Source of the DNA: an uncultured virus (IMG/VR IMGVR_UViG_3300042568_000085)
Taxonomy: Duplodnaviria > Heunggongvirae > Uroviricota > Caudoviricetes
Length of the DNA: 64,000 bases
Strand: one strand, 5' to 3'
Virus record (IMG/VR): IMGVR_UViG_3300042568_000085
Shown here in pieces: positions 17,881 through 25,912 of this stretch. The first letter of the stretch is position 1. Each line of letters starts with the position of its first letter. Position numbers and translations under genes: made by a program. The notes under the pieces were generated by a model, which was not told where the DNA came from, did not search any database, and saw nothing but the letters and a program-made list of their open reading frames with translations.

Positions 17881-18315
17881 ATGTAAGTGAGTGCTCACTT
17901 CTTGATATAAGGGTCTATAAGGCATTTTTAGAGTGTCAAGCCACTACCCTACAGGCAGCATAAAAACAAGCTGCTGTGGGCCTTGTATGGGCTGCTGTGG
18001 TGGTCTTGTCTGGTCTGTGGTCTGCTGCTGGTCTGCCTGTGCTGCTGCTACCAGATAAACCGAGGGTTTACCCTTAGGGGTTTTCCCCTACGTAGTAGGG
18101 GTTTACCCTGATGCGAAGTGAGTGCTTACATACATGGCCTTTGGCTTATATAACCAAGGGCTTAATAAGGGCCAGAAAAGTCTAAAAGCCAACTACGCAT
18201 TTCGGAAAAAAAATTTGGAAGAAAAAAAATGCCTAGTTGGACTAGGCAAAATGTTTCCCGTTCCGAAAACATGGCAAAACCAAAAAAACTTTTTCAAACT
18301 ATCTCAAATTTTTTC
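17881..18315. promoter_or_regulatory. Non-coding region with repeated palindromic motifs and A/T tracts
   Basis: AAGTGAGTGCTYAC twice (17884, 18116); three GGGTTTWCCC-type palindromes (18063-18109); GGTCT repeats; many A-tracts 18205-18315. Confidence 0.55.
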
Positions 18316-18494
18316 ACCAGATATGACGGTGGTTTCCAAGAACTTTCGTCAATTCTGTAGCAAATCACATCTTTGCTCTGTGCTTTGTAGCCAGAAGCGT
18401 AAGCAGCCCTAGCAACTGCCAATGCTTTTGCTTTTGTATCGAATGGCCCTTGCGAACCCCAATACCAACCTGCTTGATTCTTTGTGAGTGGCAT
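18294..18494 (-). CDS. Small hypothetical protein
   Basis: MPLTKNQAGWYWGSQGPF; coupled to the upstream stop. Confidence 0.6.
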   Translation of the reverse strand: MPLTKNQAGWYWGSQGPFDTKAKALAVARAAYASGYKAQSKDVICYRIDESSWKPPSYLVKKFEIV

Positions 18495-18883
18495 TATTTT
18501 AGGAATCTGAGTTTGTAAAGGGTAGATGCGACTTGATCGGACAGTTCATCAACGATGTTTTGCAGGTCGCTATCTTGAGGGAATCCGGGCATCTCGCGGT
18601 ATCTGGCAATTTCTTTGCCAACGTACAGAACTAGCTCTAGACCATTTTCCCCCAGAAAAAGTGCCTTTTCCGCGAAAAATATTTTCGACTTTTTGCCTTG
18701 GTAGGCTTCAATGAATTTGTCAGCCAAGTCTTCAATGCCTTCGTAGAACTCAGCAAGGGCCATGTGTTGAGCATAGCTATCCGTGCCAAAGTGGTGAATG
18801 TGGGCTGCTGTGACCGAGTTTAGAAGGCACATGGCAAAGTCGCCAATGATGTTTTCTTGTGCTTCTTTTACGCTGAATTTCAT
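18494..18883 (-). CDS. Ferritin/Dps-like four-helix protein (DUF5856-like)
   Basis: AHIHH...SYAQHMAL.EFYE...LADKFIEAYQG...LQNIVDE...TLYKLRFL. Confidence 0.8.
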   Translation of the reverse strand: MKFSVKEAQENIIGDFAMCLLNSVTAAHIHHFGTDSYAQHMALAEFYEGIEDLADKFIEAYQGKKSKIFFAEKALFLGENGLELVLYVGKEIARYREMPGFPQDSDLQNIVDELSDQVASTLYKLRFLK

Positions 18884-18900
18884 GGTGGATTCTCCTGTTG

Positions 18901-19359
18901 TCATTGTATAACCGTAACGTCTTTTGAGCGAGAGCGCAATTTGTTGCGGGTTTTTTCAATCATGCGCTCGTATTCTGACCGACTGATTGACCTTCTTTGC
19001 TTGTCGTGCCACTCTTGAACTTCAATGATTGACTTTAACCCAACGCCAGTTAACAGCATTTTTCCTGTTTTTTCATAGCGTTTGGTAGCGGCTTTAAGCT
19101 CTAGCTCTGCCATCATGCAATCAACCAGTGCTTCTGGACCAATAAGATTTCTTGCAACAATCTGACAAACGTTATTCATATCAACTAACTCTTGCCAAGT
19201 TTCAATTGTCCCTTTGCCCGTTCGCATAGCTTCAATTGCGGCCAATTCTTTTTTGCTTAATTCATCACGCTGATCTTTTGTTGTAATGCAAGCGCCAGCG
19301 ATGGCGTGTGCTATTGGATCAATCAACTGGTAAACCTTCCTTTTGCACTGCTTTCTCAT
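18901..19359 (-). CDS. Conserved hypothetical phage protein
   Basis: 152 aa, MRKQCKRKVYQLIDPIAHAIAGA start. Confidence 0.7.
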   Translation of the reverse strand: MRKQCKRKVYQLIDPIAHAIAGACITTKDQRDELSKKELAAIEAMRTGKGTIETWQELVDMNNVCQIVARNLIGPEALVDCMMAELELKAATKRYEKTGKMLLTGVGLKSIIEVQEWHDKQRRSISRSEYERMIEKTRNKLRSRSKDVTVIQ

Positions 19360-19553
19360 TTAACTCTATCCTTGTAAGTGTTGTACCGCCAAGCTGTTGC
19401 TTCTTTGTCTATGCGTTGCCAAATTTCTTCTTTTTCTATTTGAGACATAGAGTTCCACACAGCAACTTCCATGTAGGTTCTGCCACAACCTTTACAAACC
19501 GTGTCATAAAGAGTCGTACAGACTGCTATGCAAGGACTATCTGGCCTTGTCAT
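19356..19553 (-). CDS. DUF1289-like small Cys/Fe-S protein
   Basis: SPCIAVC...CKGCGRT..EVAVW. Confidence 0.8.
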   Translation of the reverse strand: MTRPDSPCIAVCTTLYDTVCKGCGRTYMEVAVWNSMSQIEKEEIWQRIDKEATAWRYNTYKDRVK

Positions 19554-19642
19554 TTGATAATCCTCATAAAAGCACCGCACCGGGCGCATTTGTAAATGGG
19601 CTGGCCCTCGACGGGCTCCCAACGGTGTTGGCATTCAGTCAT
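19550..19642 (-). CDS. 30-aa zinc-ribbon peptide MTECQHRWEPVEGQPIYKCARCGAFMRIIK
   Basis: Hand translation; ATGA-coupled on both sides; paralog at 57071-57163. Confidence 0.65.
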   Translation of the reverse strand: MTECQHRWEPVEGQPIYKCARCGAFMRIIK

Positions 19643-20007
19643 TTCATCATCTCCAGCATTGCTTGGCGGCAATCGTTCCACCCTGCCACATATGCAGGTA
19701 GTTCGTCTTCATTTGGGCCAATGGCATCAGGCACGGCTGGCTGTGCTGCTTTCAGTCGCTTGATCTCAGACATATGCTCCCGCAGCGATTCCTGCGTGGC
19801 TTCAAGCAAAGACCAGTCTCGGCCCTCTGGCGCAGGTGCTGGCTGTGCGGGTGGGGTGGTGTAGAGCTTTGTGCCGTGTGCAAGCGCATAGAAGTCGCCC
19901 GTTTGAGCGCAAGCCATAACATGGCCTGTCTTGCTCACTCGGATATACGCCACAGGCTCATAGTCCAGCCCCAACTCTCTGGCGTTCTCTGCCTTCTTGT
20001 CGAGGGC
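19629..20007. repeat. Direct repeat copy 1 (~380 bp; copy 2 at 57150-57528)
   Basis: Base-by-base comparison: identical except 19742/57263; offset 37,521. Confidence 0.95.
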
Positions 20008-20286
20008 TTGCTCCACTGCGCGGCCAGCATCGTAGCCATAGTTCCAGCCCATCTCCACCAGATCGAGTTGGTCTTCGCTGTAATGCTCGGTGCGGGGAAC
20101 GCCATGCTCCAGCACGTTGCCATTCTTCCACTGCTCAAAGGTTTTGTAGATCATTGTGTTCTCCTGCACAGTAGGTGCTGCAAGGGCTTGCTTGATGGCG
20201 GTGATGGCTTTGTCGGATTTGATGCCGATGTCTGCGTGTGCTTCCAGCGCTTCCAGCGCCAGTTTCAATACTTCGTCTTTATCCAT
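19639..20286 (-). CDS. Modular accessory protein (Eaa/Ead-like mosaic)
   Basis: Start MDKDEVLKLALEALE; C-terminal half shared with 57160-57789. Confidence 0.65.
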   Translation of the reverse strand: MDKDEVLKLALEALEAHADIGIKSDKAITAIKQALAAPTVQENTMIYKTFEQWKNGNVLEHGVPRTEHYSEDQLDLVEMGWNYGYDAGRAVEQALDKKAENARELGLDYEPVAYIRVSKTGHVMACAQTGDFYALAHGTKLYTTPPAQPAPAPEGRDWSLLEATQESLREHMSEIKRLKAAQPAVPDAIGPNEDELPAYVAGWNDCRQAMLEMMK

Positions 20287-20452
20287 TGTTCTTCTCCTTT
20301 CGCGGCGCACAAACTGCATGCCCTTTTCCAATTTGAGGCAAGATGCTTTCTCTCGCCTTGTAGCAATCTTCTTGGGTCTTGTATTCGTATTCGCGCTGCA
20401 TGTGGCAAATAGCAAAAGACATCCCAAAACACACTGAAAGAATCCAAGTCAT
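20279..20452 (-). CDS. Small Cys-containing hypothetical protein
   Basis: Hand translation MTWILSVCFGMSFAICH...; fills the gap with overlaps. Confidence 0.5.
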   Translation of the reverse strand: MTWILSVCFGMSFAICHMQREYEYKTQEDCYKARESILPQIGKGHAVCAPRKEKNNG

Positions 20453-20682
20453 GTGTTTAGCTCCTTTAATCGGGCTTCGATGGATCGGGCAAGGTTGTAA
20501 ATCCCGCTCACCTCGTAGCTTTCTATTTGGTGGTGCAGGTGTTCATTGGCGAGTGGGTAAACTTCCTCATCCGCGAGCCCAACCCATTGCCGCTGTGCTG
20601 CGGGTTTTGGCTTGCCTATCCTTTCAGGGATGCAACCGTATTTTGTGCAGTGCGCTACTGTTTCGCATTGGTCGCAGATCAT
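20449..20682 (-). CDS. Modular accessory protein
   Basis: MICDQCETVAHCTKYGC N-module shared with 57160-57789; WVGLADEE module. Confidence 0.6.
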   Translation of the reverse strand: MICDQCETVAHCTKYGCIPERIGKPKPAAQRQWVGLADEEVYPLANEHLHHQIESYEVSGIYNLARSIEARLKELNT

Positions 20683-20834
20683 GCTGTCACCCCTTTCATT
20701 TCCCATCCGAGTTGAAAATAGCTCCAGCGCGTTTGAAGGCTTGGGTTAACGTATTTGCCTTGTTTGCTCATGTAGAAGTCCGTGTGCCCCTTAGAGCGCA
20801 TCAAGGCTTCAAATACTTTTTGTGCGTGTGTCAT
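20679..20834 (-). CDS. Small hypothetical protein
   Basis: Hand translation MTHAQKVFEALMRSKG...; ATGA overlaps. Confidence 0.55.
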   Translation of the reverse strand: MTHAQKVFEALMRSKGHTDFYMSKQGKYVNPSLQTRWSYFQLGWEMKGVTA

Positions 20835-21031
20835 GTCTGCTCCTCGTTCATGTTTTCTTTCAAAAATAGTGTCAGTCGCTTGATCTTGCCTTTGTGGAAT
20901 TCGACCATCTTGGCCGAGTATTCCTGTTGTGTGTGCGCGTTAAGCAACTCGCGGCGCGAGTCCTCAAGCTCACGCAACGCAATTGACTCAGGGCTTGGCG
21001 TGGTCCACAGTTTTTTCAGATCTTGAATCAT
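20831..21031 (-). CDS. Small coiled-coil protein (homolog of 57786-58007)
   Basis: PS.E..ALRELE.S.RELL...QEY.AKMVE.H.GKI.RL shared. Confidence 0.7.
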   Translation of the reverse strand: MIQDLKKLWTTPSPESIALRELEDSRRELLNAHTQQEYSAKMVEFHKGKIKRLTLFLKENMNEEQT

Positions 21032-21204
21032 GACTTTCTCCTAGTTGCTTGACGTGTCCAGCACGCGGCGCAGATCCAGCGTGTAGGGTTCATGTTGATG
21101 CCGCCCTCTGGCGGCTTTTCAAGCTGGCACTTGGCGCACAATTTAAACTGGTGCGAAGGCGGCGGCTGCGAATTAAGAACAAGCTGTTTGGTAACGAAAC
21201 TCAT
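21028..21204 (-). CDS. Small zinc-finger protein
   Basis: Hand translation ...CAKC...KPPEGG...WICAACW. Confidence 0.55.
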   Translation of the reverse strand: MSFVTKQLVLNSQPPPSHQFKLCAKCQLEKPPEGGINMNPTRWICAACWTRQATRRKS

Positions 21205-21428
21205 GATGGCCTCGGGCAGTTCTCTGGCACGTCAACCAGGCAATACACAGCGGCCCACTGGCCCCTGAACGGGCCTTGCCAGCGGTCAACGTAGATACCA
21301 AAACAGGTATCCAACGATTTCCACAAGCTGTCAATTTTTACGCTTGCACACTCGGCGATCTCAGCCGCAGTGCGGCCATCTGGATGATCGCGCAAGCACT
21401 GCCTAATCTTGTCGTGATGGGACTTCAT
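21201..21428 (-). CDS. Small HTH-like protein
   Basis: IRQCLRDHPDGRTAAEIAE. Confidence 0.6.
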   Translation of the reverse strand: MKSHHDKIRQCLRDHPDGRTAAEIAECASVKIDSLWKSLDTCFGIYVDRWQGPFRGQWAAVYCLVDVPENCPRPS

Positions 21429-21588
21429 TTTTTGCTCTTTCGATTACTAAGTGCCGGTAGGCACGGATGGCCGTCTTCAAGTCTGCTTGCAGACTCTCGA
21501 TCAGCTCTTCTTGCTCAGACAGCCGCTTGGTGGCGTCTTGGGCAAACTTCGCTAGGTTGCGCGATTCCCATACCTCAAATCTGGTCAT
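21403..21588 (-). CDS. Small coiled-coil hypothetical protein
   Basis: 61 aa ORF in the operon. Confidence 0.55.
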   Translation of the reverse strand: MTRFEVWESRNLAKFAQDATKRLSEQEELIESLQADLKTAIRAYRHLVIERAKNEVPSRQD

Positions 21589-21613
21589 GCCGATTTATTC
21601 CTTAGTTAGAGTA

Positions 21614-21632
21614 TTCTAGCATATTGCTAGAA
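21614..21632. promoter_or_regulatory. Operator-like inverted repeat TTCTAGC-N5-GCTAGAA
   Basis: Same motif as the three sites at 27082-27174. Confidence 0.6.
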
Positions 21633-21830
21633 CGGGATGTTATCCCATGCCCAATGTTCACAATCCACGGTGCCGTGCAGCCACTCAGCAGGTGGCCTGG
21701 CATCAAACTTCTGGCACACGTTGCCAGATTGCAAATGCTCACAACGCAGGCAAGTCACCTGGATGGATTCAATGTCCTTGAGTTGCTTCTTCAGGTGCGT
21801 TTTGATGGCGTTCAGTTCGACTAAATTCAT
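21627..21830 (-). CDS. Small Cys-rich protein
   Basis: CLRCEH...C...PP...C..W...IPF. Confidence 0.6.
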   Translation of the reverse strand: MNLVELNAIKTHLKKQLKDIESIQVTCLRCEHLQSGNVCQKFDARPPAEWLHGTVDCEHWAWDNIPF

Positions 21831-23421
21831 ATTCTTTGACCTCTGTAAATTTTCCATTCTTACGGGTGGCGATGCGGGTGGGGGTCATCAATGTGTATCC
21901 AGTGTCAAGCAGTTCTTCTGTGGTGGTTTGGCATCCATTGCGCTGATCGCACCAGTTCAACGCCTTGCTTCTTGCAAAGCCACCATGATCCAAGCACACC
22001 CATTCACTGGCAACACATAGCAGGCCATCGTAGTAATCCACTTTTACGCTGTCGGGCTTGCCAGGCTTGCGGTGCAGCTTGTAGTCCACCCTGGTGACAT
22101 CGTGCCAAGTGTTGATGGCTTGCTGTTGCGCTGATAACAAAGCAGCGTAAGACAACTTGACATCTATCAACTTTGGCAACTCAAGTTCTTTGATCGTGCC
22201 ACCACAGGCGGCGCACACCAGTGCTGCCGGTGCGTTGCGCTCACCGCACTCTGGGCAGATGCAAAACGGGGCAGACTGGTCGCCAGTTCTTTTGCCACGG
22301 CTTTTGCCTTTGATGATGTCCACTGGCCCAAGGCGCTCAACGGTGTCGGTGAAGTCCAGCACCAAGCAATCTTCCTTGCCATCAGCAATGCGTGTGCCTC
22401 GGCCCATGCCCTGCACATACAGCACTGGCGATTTGGTTGGCCGGCACCAGATGATGCAGTCAACGTCAGGCACATCAAAGCCAGTGGACAGCGCCAGCAC
22501 CGTCACCAAGCAATGGATCTGGTGCGCCTTGAACTGGCGAATCAAGTCGGCACGCTCTTGTGCTGGTGTTTCGCCACAAACCACGGCGCTGACAATGCCT
22601 CGCTCGTTTAGCTTGTCTGACAGGCTTTCGGCGTTGGCGACACTTGGTGTAAAGGCAATCCATTTGCGGCGATGCTGGGCCATTACAACGGCTTCTTGGG
22701 CCACTTGCAGCAAGTAAGAGTCCACCACCTCGGACAGTTCTCCAATCTTGTAGTCACCATTGGAGATGCCCACTTGACTGGCATCAATCTTGGTGACCAT
22801 CTGCACCTTCGGTGGCACAAGTGGCGACAGAAACTTCTGGTCCAGCAACTCACGCATGTTGACGTTGGACGCAATGCCGGTGAACAGGGGATCATCGCCA
22901 TCGGTCAGCCATACCTGGTTGCCCCTGAACGGTGTGGCCGTCATGCCCACCGTGCGGAACTGGCAGATCTCACCCAACTTGGACAAGAACGTGCGGTACA
23001 TGCCAGCGTCAGACGCCTTGGTGCTGACAAGGTGCGCCTCGTCAATGATCACCACCTTGATGTCACCCAGCAGGTGCGCTGACTTGTGGATGCTGCCAAT
23101 GGTCGCAACAATCACATCAGCATGGTGCTGCTTCTTGCCCAGGCTGGCGCTGACAAAGCCCACATGGATGTTGTCCGGCAGCAGCGCCTGCAACTTGGCT
23201 GCGTTCTGCTCGGCCAGTTCCTTGCTGGGCACCAGCACCACCGTGCGTGGCCGGTACTCAGGCCACTGGTCCCACATCTGGCGCACGATCTCAGCGCAGA
23301 TCACCGACTTGCCCGAGCCAGTAGGCAGCACCAGCAAAGGGATCTCGTCATGGCTTTGGTGGTTGGTCCACCAATCAAACAGGTCGCTAATCGTGCGGCT
23401 TTGATATTCACGAAGCTGCAT
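21769..23421 (-). CDS. SF2 DEAD/DEAH-box helicase with zinc ribbon
   Basis: LREYQ, LPTGSGKS, IIDEAH, GMTATP, STGFDVP, QGMGRGTR, CPECG. Confidence 0.93.
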   Translation of the reverse strand: MQLREYQSRTISDLFDWWTNHQSHDEIPLLVLPTGSGKSVICAEIVRQMWDQWPEYRPRTVVLVPSKELAEQNAAKLQALLPDNIHVGFVSASLGKKQHHADVIVATIGSIHKSAHLLGDIKVVIIDEAHLVSTKASDAGMYRTFLSKLGEICQFRTVGMTATPFRGNQVWLTDGDDPLFTGIASNVNMRELLDQKFLSPLVPPKVQMVTKIDASQVGISNGDYKIGELSEVVDSYLLQVAQEAVVMAQHRRKWIAFTPSVANAESLSDKLNERGIVSAVVCGETPAQERADLIRQFKAHQIHCLVTVLALSTGFDVPDVDCIIWCRPTKSPVLYVQGMGRGTRIADGKEDCLVLDFTDTVERLGPVDIIKGKSRGKRTGDQSAPFCICPECGERNAPAALVCAACGGTIKELELPKLIDVKLSYAALLSAQQQAINTWHDVTRVDYKLHRKPGKPDSVKVDYYDGLLCVASEWVCLDHGGFARSKALNWCDQRNGCQTTTEELLDTGYTLMTPTRIATRKNGKFTEVKEYEFSRTERHQNAPEEATQGH

Positions 23422-23566
23422 TTTGGCGCTCCTTGAGCATTTCATCGGCCAACTTGTAGGCTTGTCCCACAGCCGTTTTACGATCACCATTGGCAAGCAA
23501 CCCAGTCAACGCAGCAGCGGCCAAATAATCACGCAAAGTGATGTCTTGAATAGGTGGGGGGTTCAT
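23408..23566 (-). CDS. Small conserved phage protein (TLRDY.AA...AY.LAD.ML family)
   Basis: Hand translation, 52 aa. Confidence 0.6.
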   Translation of the reverse strand: MNPPPIQDITLRDYLAAAALTGLLANGDRKTAVGQAYKLADEMLKERQNAAS

Positions 23567-24645
23567 ACAAATTGACCTCCATGTTGAAGTCTTAGATCCA
23601 GTGCAAACTCATCAATTAACGCTGTCTTGTCATTGCAAGCGTGAATCTCGGCGCTGCTGATGTGCGTTGGATGGTTGGCTGGCGTGCCGTTGACAAACCT
23701 TTTACCATCCATCTCATACACCACACCACCGTCCACCATGTCCACTGGCGTGGCGCTCTTAGACAGCAAGATCGGGATGTACCGATGCAAGTCACAGCCA
23801 GTGCGCTGAATGTCAACAGGCAAATCGGCTCTGTGCTCGGCACAAGACCAGCGTGCATCGCCATCCATCTCGGGCGTAGCGTGGGCGCATGACCGGCAGG
23901 TGGGCGCAGGCACATCAGTACCGTGGCAGATGCTGTGGTAATCGCAGAACTTGCACTCGTACCAAGACGGGTCTTGGCTGATCCCCACCGGCGGCTCGGT
24001 GGCCGTAATCACCGCCAAGGCTTTGTCAATGATGGCTTGCGTTTCGTTCTTGTCGTACTCCAGGCGCTCGGTATAGATGTCATCATCGTTCTTGTTGACC
24101 ACAATGTAGATGGCGCGGGTGCAGCCATCCTCACCGTACAAGTCAATGCTCCATTTCATGTACATCTGCATCTGCGCGTAGTGTTCGGGCTTGGCCTTCT
24201 TGACTCCAGACTTTTGCATGTCCTTAAACATCTTGTCTGATGCCGTCTTGATCTCCAGCACATGCGGAGACTTCGGCGCTTGCGGCAAACCAGTCACAAT
24301 GCCATCAGCGTTGCCTTTGAAATGGTTGCCACTAGTTGGCTCTGTGAACGACCACTGCTTGCCGGTCGCTGGGTCCATGTCATACACGGTGCAGCCAATC
24401 GCAGCCAGGTCAGCGTAGATGCGCGGCTCTTGCAGGTGACCCGTCTGGAACACTCGATACAAGCGGCCAGAGAACTCGGCAGGCTTTGACCACCGAAAAC
24501 TGTACCAGTGCTGACGCAAGCAGGGCTTGCCAATCGCACTAGCACCAAGATAGGGGCGCTGTGACTCAACACCATACTTTGCCTTGTAACTGGCAAAGAT
24601 GGCATCGGCCACAGGGTCCACAACAGATTGTGGAAGTGCGGCCAT
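23563..24645 (-). CDS. Cas4-like PD-(D/E)XK exonuclease
   Basis: LGASAIG.PC, GNADG, LEIKT, HYAQMQMYM, CKFCDY; Sak4-module context. Confidence 0.85.
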   Translation of the reverse strand: MAALPQSVVDPVADAIFASYKAKYGVESQRPYLGASAIGKPCLRQHWYSFRWSKPAEFSGRLYRVFQTGHLQEPRIYADLAAIGCTVYDMDPATGKQWSFTEPTSGNHFKGNADGIVTGLPQAPKSPHVLEIKTASDKMFKDMQKSGVKKAKPEHYAQMQMYMKWSIDLYGEDGCTRAIYIVVNKNDDDIYTERLEYDKNETQAIIDKALAVITATEPPVGISQDPSWYECKFCDYHSICHGTDVPAPTCRSCAHATPEMDGDARWSCAEHRADLPVDIQRTGCDLHRYIPILLSKSATPVDMVDGGVVYEMDGKRFVNGTPANHPTHISSAEIHACNDKTALIDEFALDLRLQHGGQFV

Positions 24646-24648
24646 GAT

Positions 24649-25131
24649 TTACTTCTTGGCCCAAGCTGGTGCGCTTGGCTTGGCAACTGGTGCTTCCTCG
24701 GCCTGCGCCACAAAGGCTGGTGCAGCCGGACGGATACCACCAGCAGCTTCGTAGCCCTTGATGTTGTTGCTGGCCTGGTACTCACCCTTGGCCTCACGCA
24801 CCACCACCTTGATGCTAACCGGCTTCATGTGCAGGGCAGCAGTGTCTTGCAGCTTGATCACGTTCACAGCGTGGCACAGCGCAGACAGTTGCGACTGGGC
24901 AATGCGCTGCGTGTCTTCGTTGCTGTGCTGGATGTTCAAGTTGTCCCACACCTTGCGGCCCTTGTACTGGCCGTCAATGATCTCAAACGTCAGCTTCAAG
25001 CCAGTGCCGTTGCCCGAGCGCAGGGGCGCAACGTCAGACTCTGTGATGTGTGCCAGATAAGTGCCAGCAGGGATTGGGCCGTTAGATGCCTGGGGTGCCA
25101 CTTGCGAGGCGTCAAAATTAAAATGTGCCAT
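24649..25131 (-). CDS. DUF669-like ssDNA-binding protein
   Basis: PIPAGTY...LKLTFEI..G.YKGRKVW, ends PAWAKK. Confidence 0.8.
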   Translation of the reverse strand: MAHFNFDASQVAPQASNGPIPAGTYLAHITESDVAPLRSGNGTGLKLTFEIIDGQYKGRKVWDNLNIQHSNEDTQRIAQSQLSALCHAVNVIKLQDTAALHMKPVSIKVVVREAKGEYQASNNIKGYEAAGGIRPAAPAFVAQAEEAPVAKPSAPAWAKK

Positions 25132-25167
25132 TGTTTTCTTTCAAAGTTAAGGTTACGAACTGAGTGA

Positions 25168-25911
25168 TCAAGACTGCGCTGTGGTCAGTGCGTCTTGGAA
25201 TGCCGCCCAGTCAAGCGGCATATTTGTCAGGCCAAAGCGGTTACCACCACAATGGGCCGGGTGAGGTTCAACGTGCAAGATGCGCTCACCAGTGGTGGTG
25301 GCCTTGGTTTCTTTGTTGCCAAAGCCAGCGTCTGTCTTGCTGGTGAAGATGCGATACCCTGCGTAGCCAACAACGTCAGCCCATTCTTGGACCAAGCCAG
25401 CAGCGCGGTCGTGCAGCTTCAGCACATGACTGTCATAGCCCTCTGTCAACGGGTCTTCAACTCTCTTAATCTTGTCGTGCGCAATCAAGATGATGCCCAT
25501 GCCCTTGCTGGAGCGCAGCACCTCAAGACCAGACAACAAGTTGCGCCACTCTTCGGCTGCGGCAATGTAGCCCTTGCCAAATCCTGGCTGCTCAATGTTC
25601 TTCCAGTTGTTGGCCTTGCACACATGGTCTTGCACCAGTGGCTCAAGCCAATCGAGCGAGTCAATGAACAGCGTCTGGAACTCGTGCTCTTGGTTGATCA
25701 GCGTGTCAATGGCCGTGTAGACCTCGGCCAAGCTAGTCGCCAGTGGGAATGCGTTAGCGTCCACAGCGTCAGCACCGTCCTCAGTCAAGATGCCAATGGC
25801 GTTGGGGGCCATAGCAGCAAACGTGGTCTTGCCGATCTTTCCTTGACCAACGATCACAATTTTTGGGCTGCGCACTCGGCGCGTCTTGGAGATGGATTTC
25901 AAATCAAACAT
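25168..25911 (-). CDS. Sak4-like AAA_24 ssDNA-annealing ATPase
   Basis: GQGKIGKTT, TEDG, IDSLDWLE, ILIAH, EWADVVG. Confidence 0.9.
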   Translation of the reverse strand: MFDLKSISKTRRVRSPKIVIVGQGKIGKTTFAAMAPNAIGILTEDGADAVDANAFPLATSLAEVYTAIDTLINQEHEFQTLFIDSLDWLEPLVQDHVCKANNWKNIEQPGFGKGYIAAAEEWRNLLSGLEVLRSSKGMGIILIAHDKIKRVEDPLTEGYDSHVLKLHDRAAGLVQEWADVVGYAGYRIFTSKTDAGFGNKETKATTTGERILHVEPHPAHCGGNRFGLTNMPLDWAAFQDALTTAQS

Positions 25912-25912
25912 G

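Larger units (their letters stand above)
1..19628. mobile_element. HK97-like siphovirus genome, segment 1 (morphogenesis, packaging, early island, accessory genes)
   Basis: Minus-strand order HNH-terS-terL-portal-protease-capsid-neck-tail tube-TAC-tape measure is lambdoid/HK97-like. Confidence 0.9.

Noticed and set aside
18122..18412. 96-aa plus-strand ORF
   Set aside because: Product of A-tract low complexity, lies after the terminator and overlaps a better minus-strand gene
19629..20007. Repeat pair as DGR template/variable repeats or attL/attR
   Set aside because: No reverse transcriptase or integrase; a single non-adenine-patterned mismatch; the repeat is ordinary coding sequence
23563..24645. 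Cas4-like gene as a sign of CRISPR-Cas
   Set aside because: Standard exonuclease of Sak4-SSB-helicase modules; no other cas genes or array
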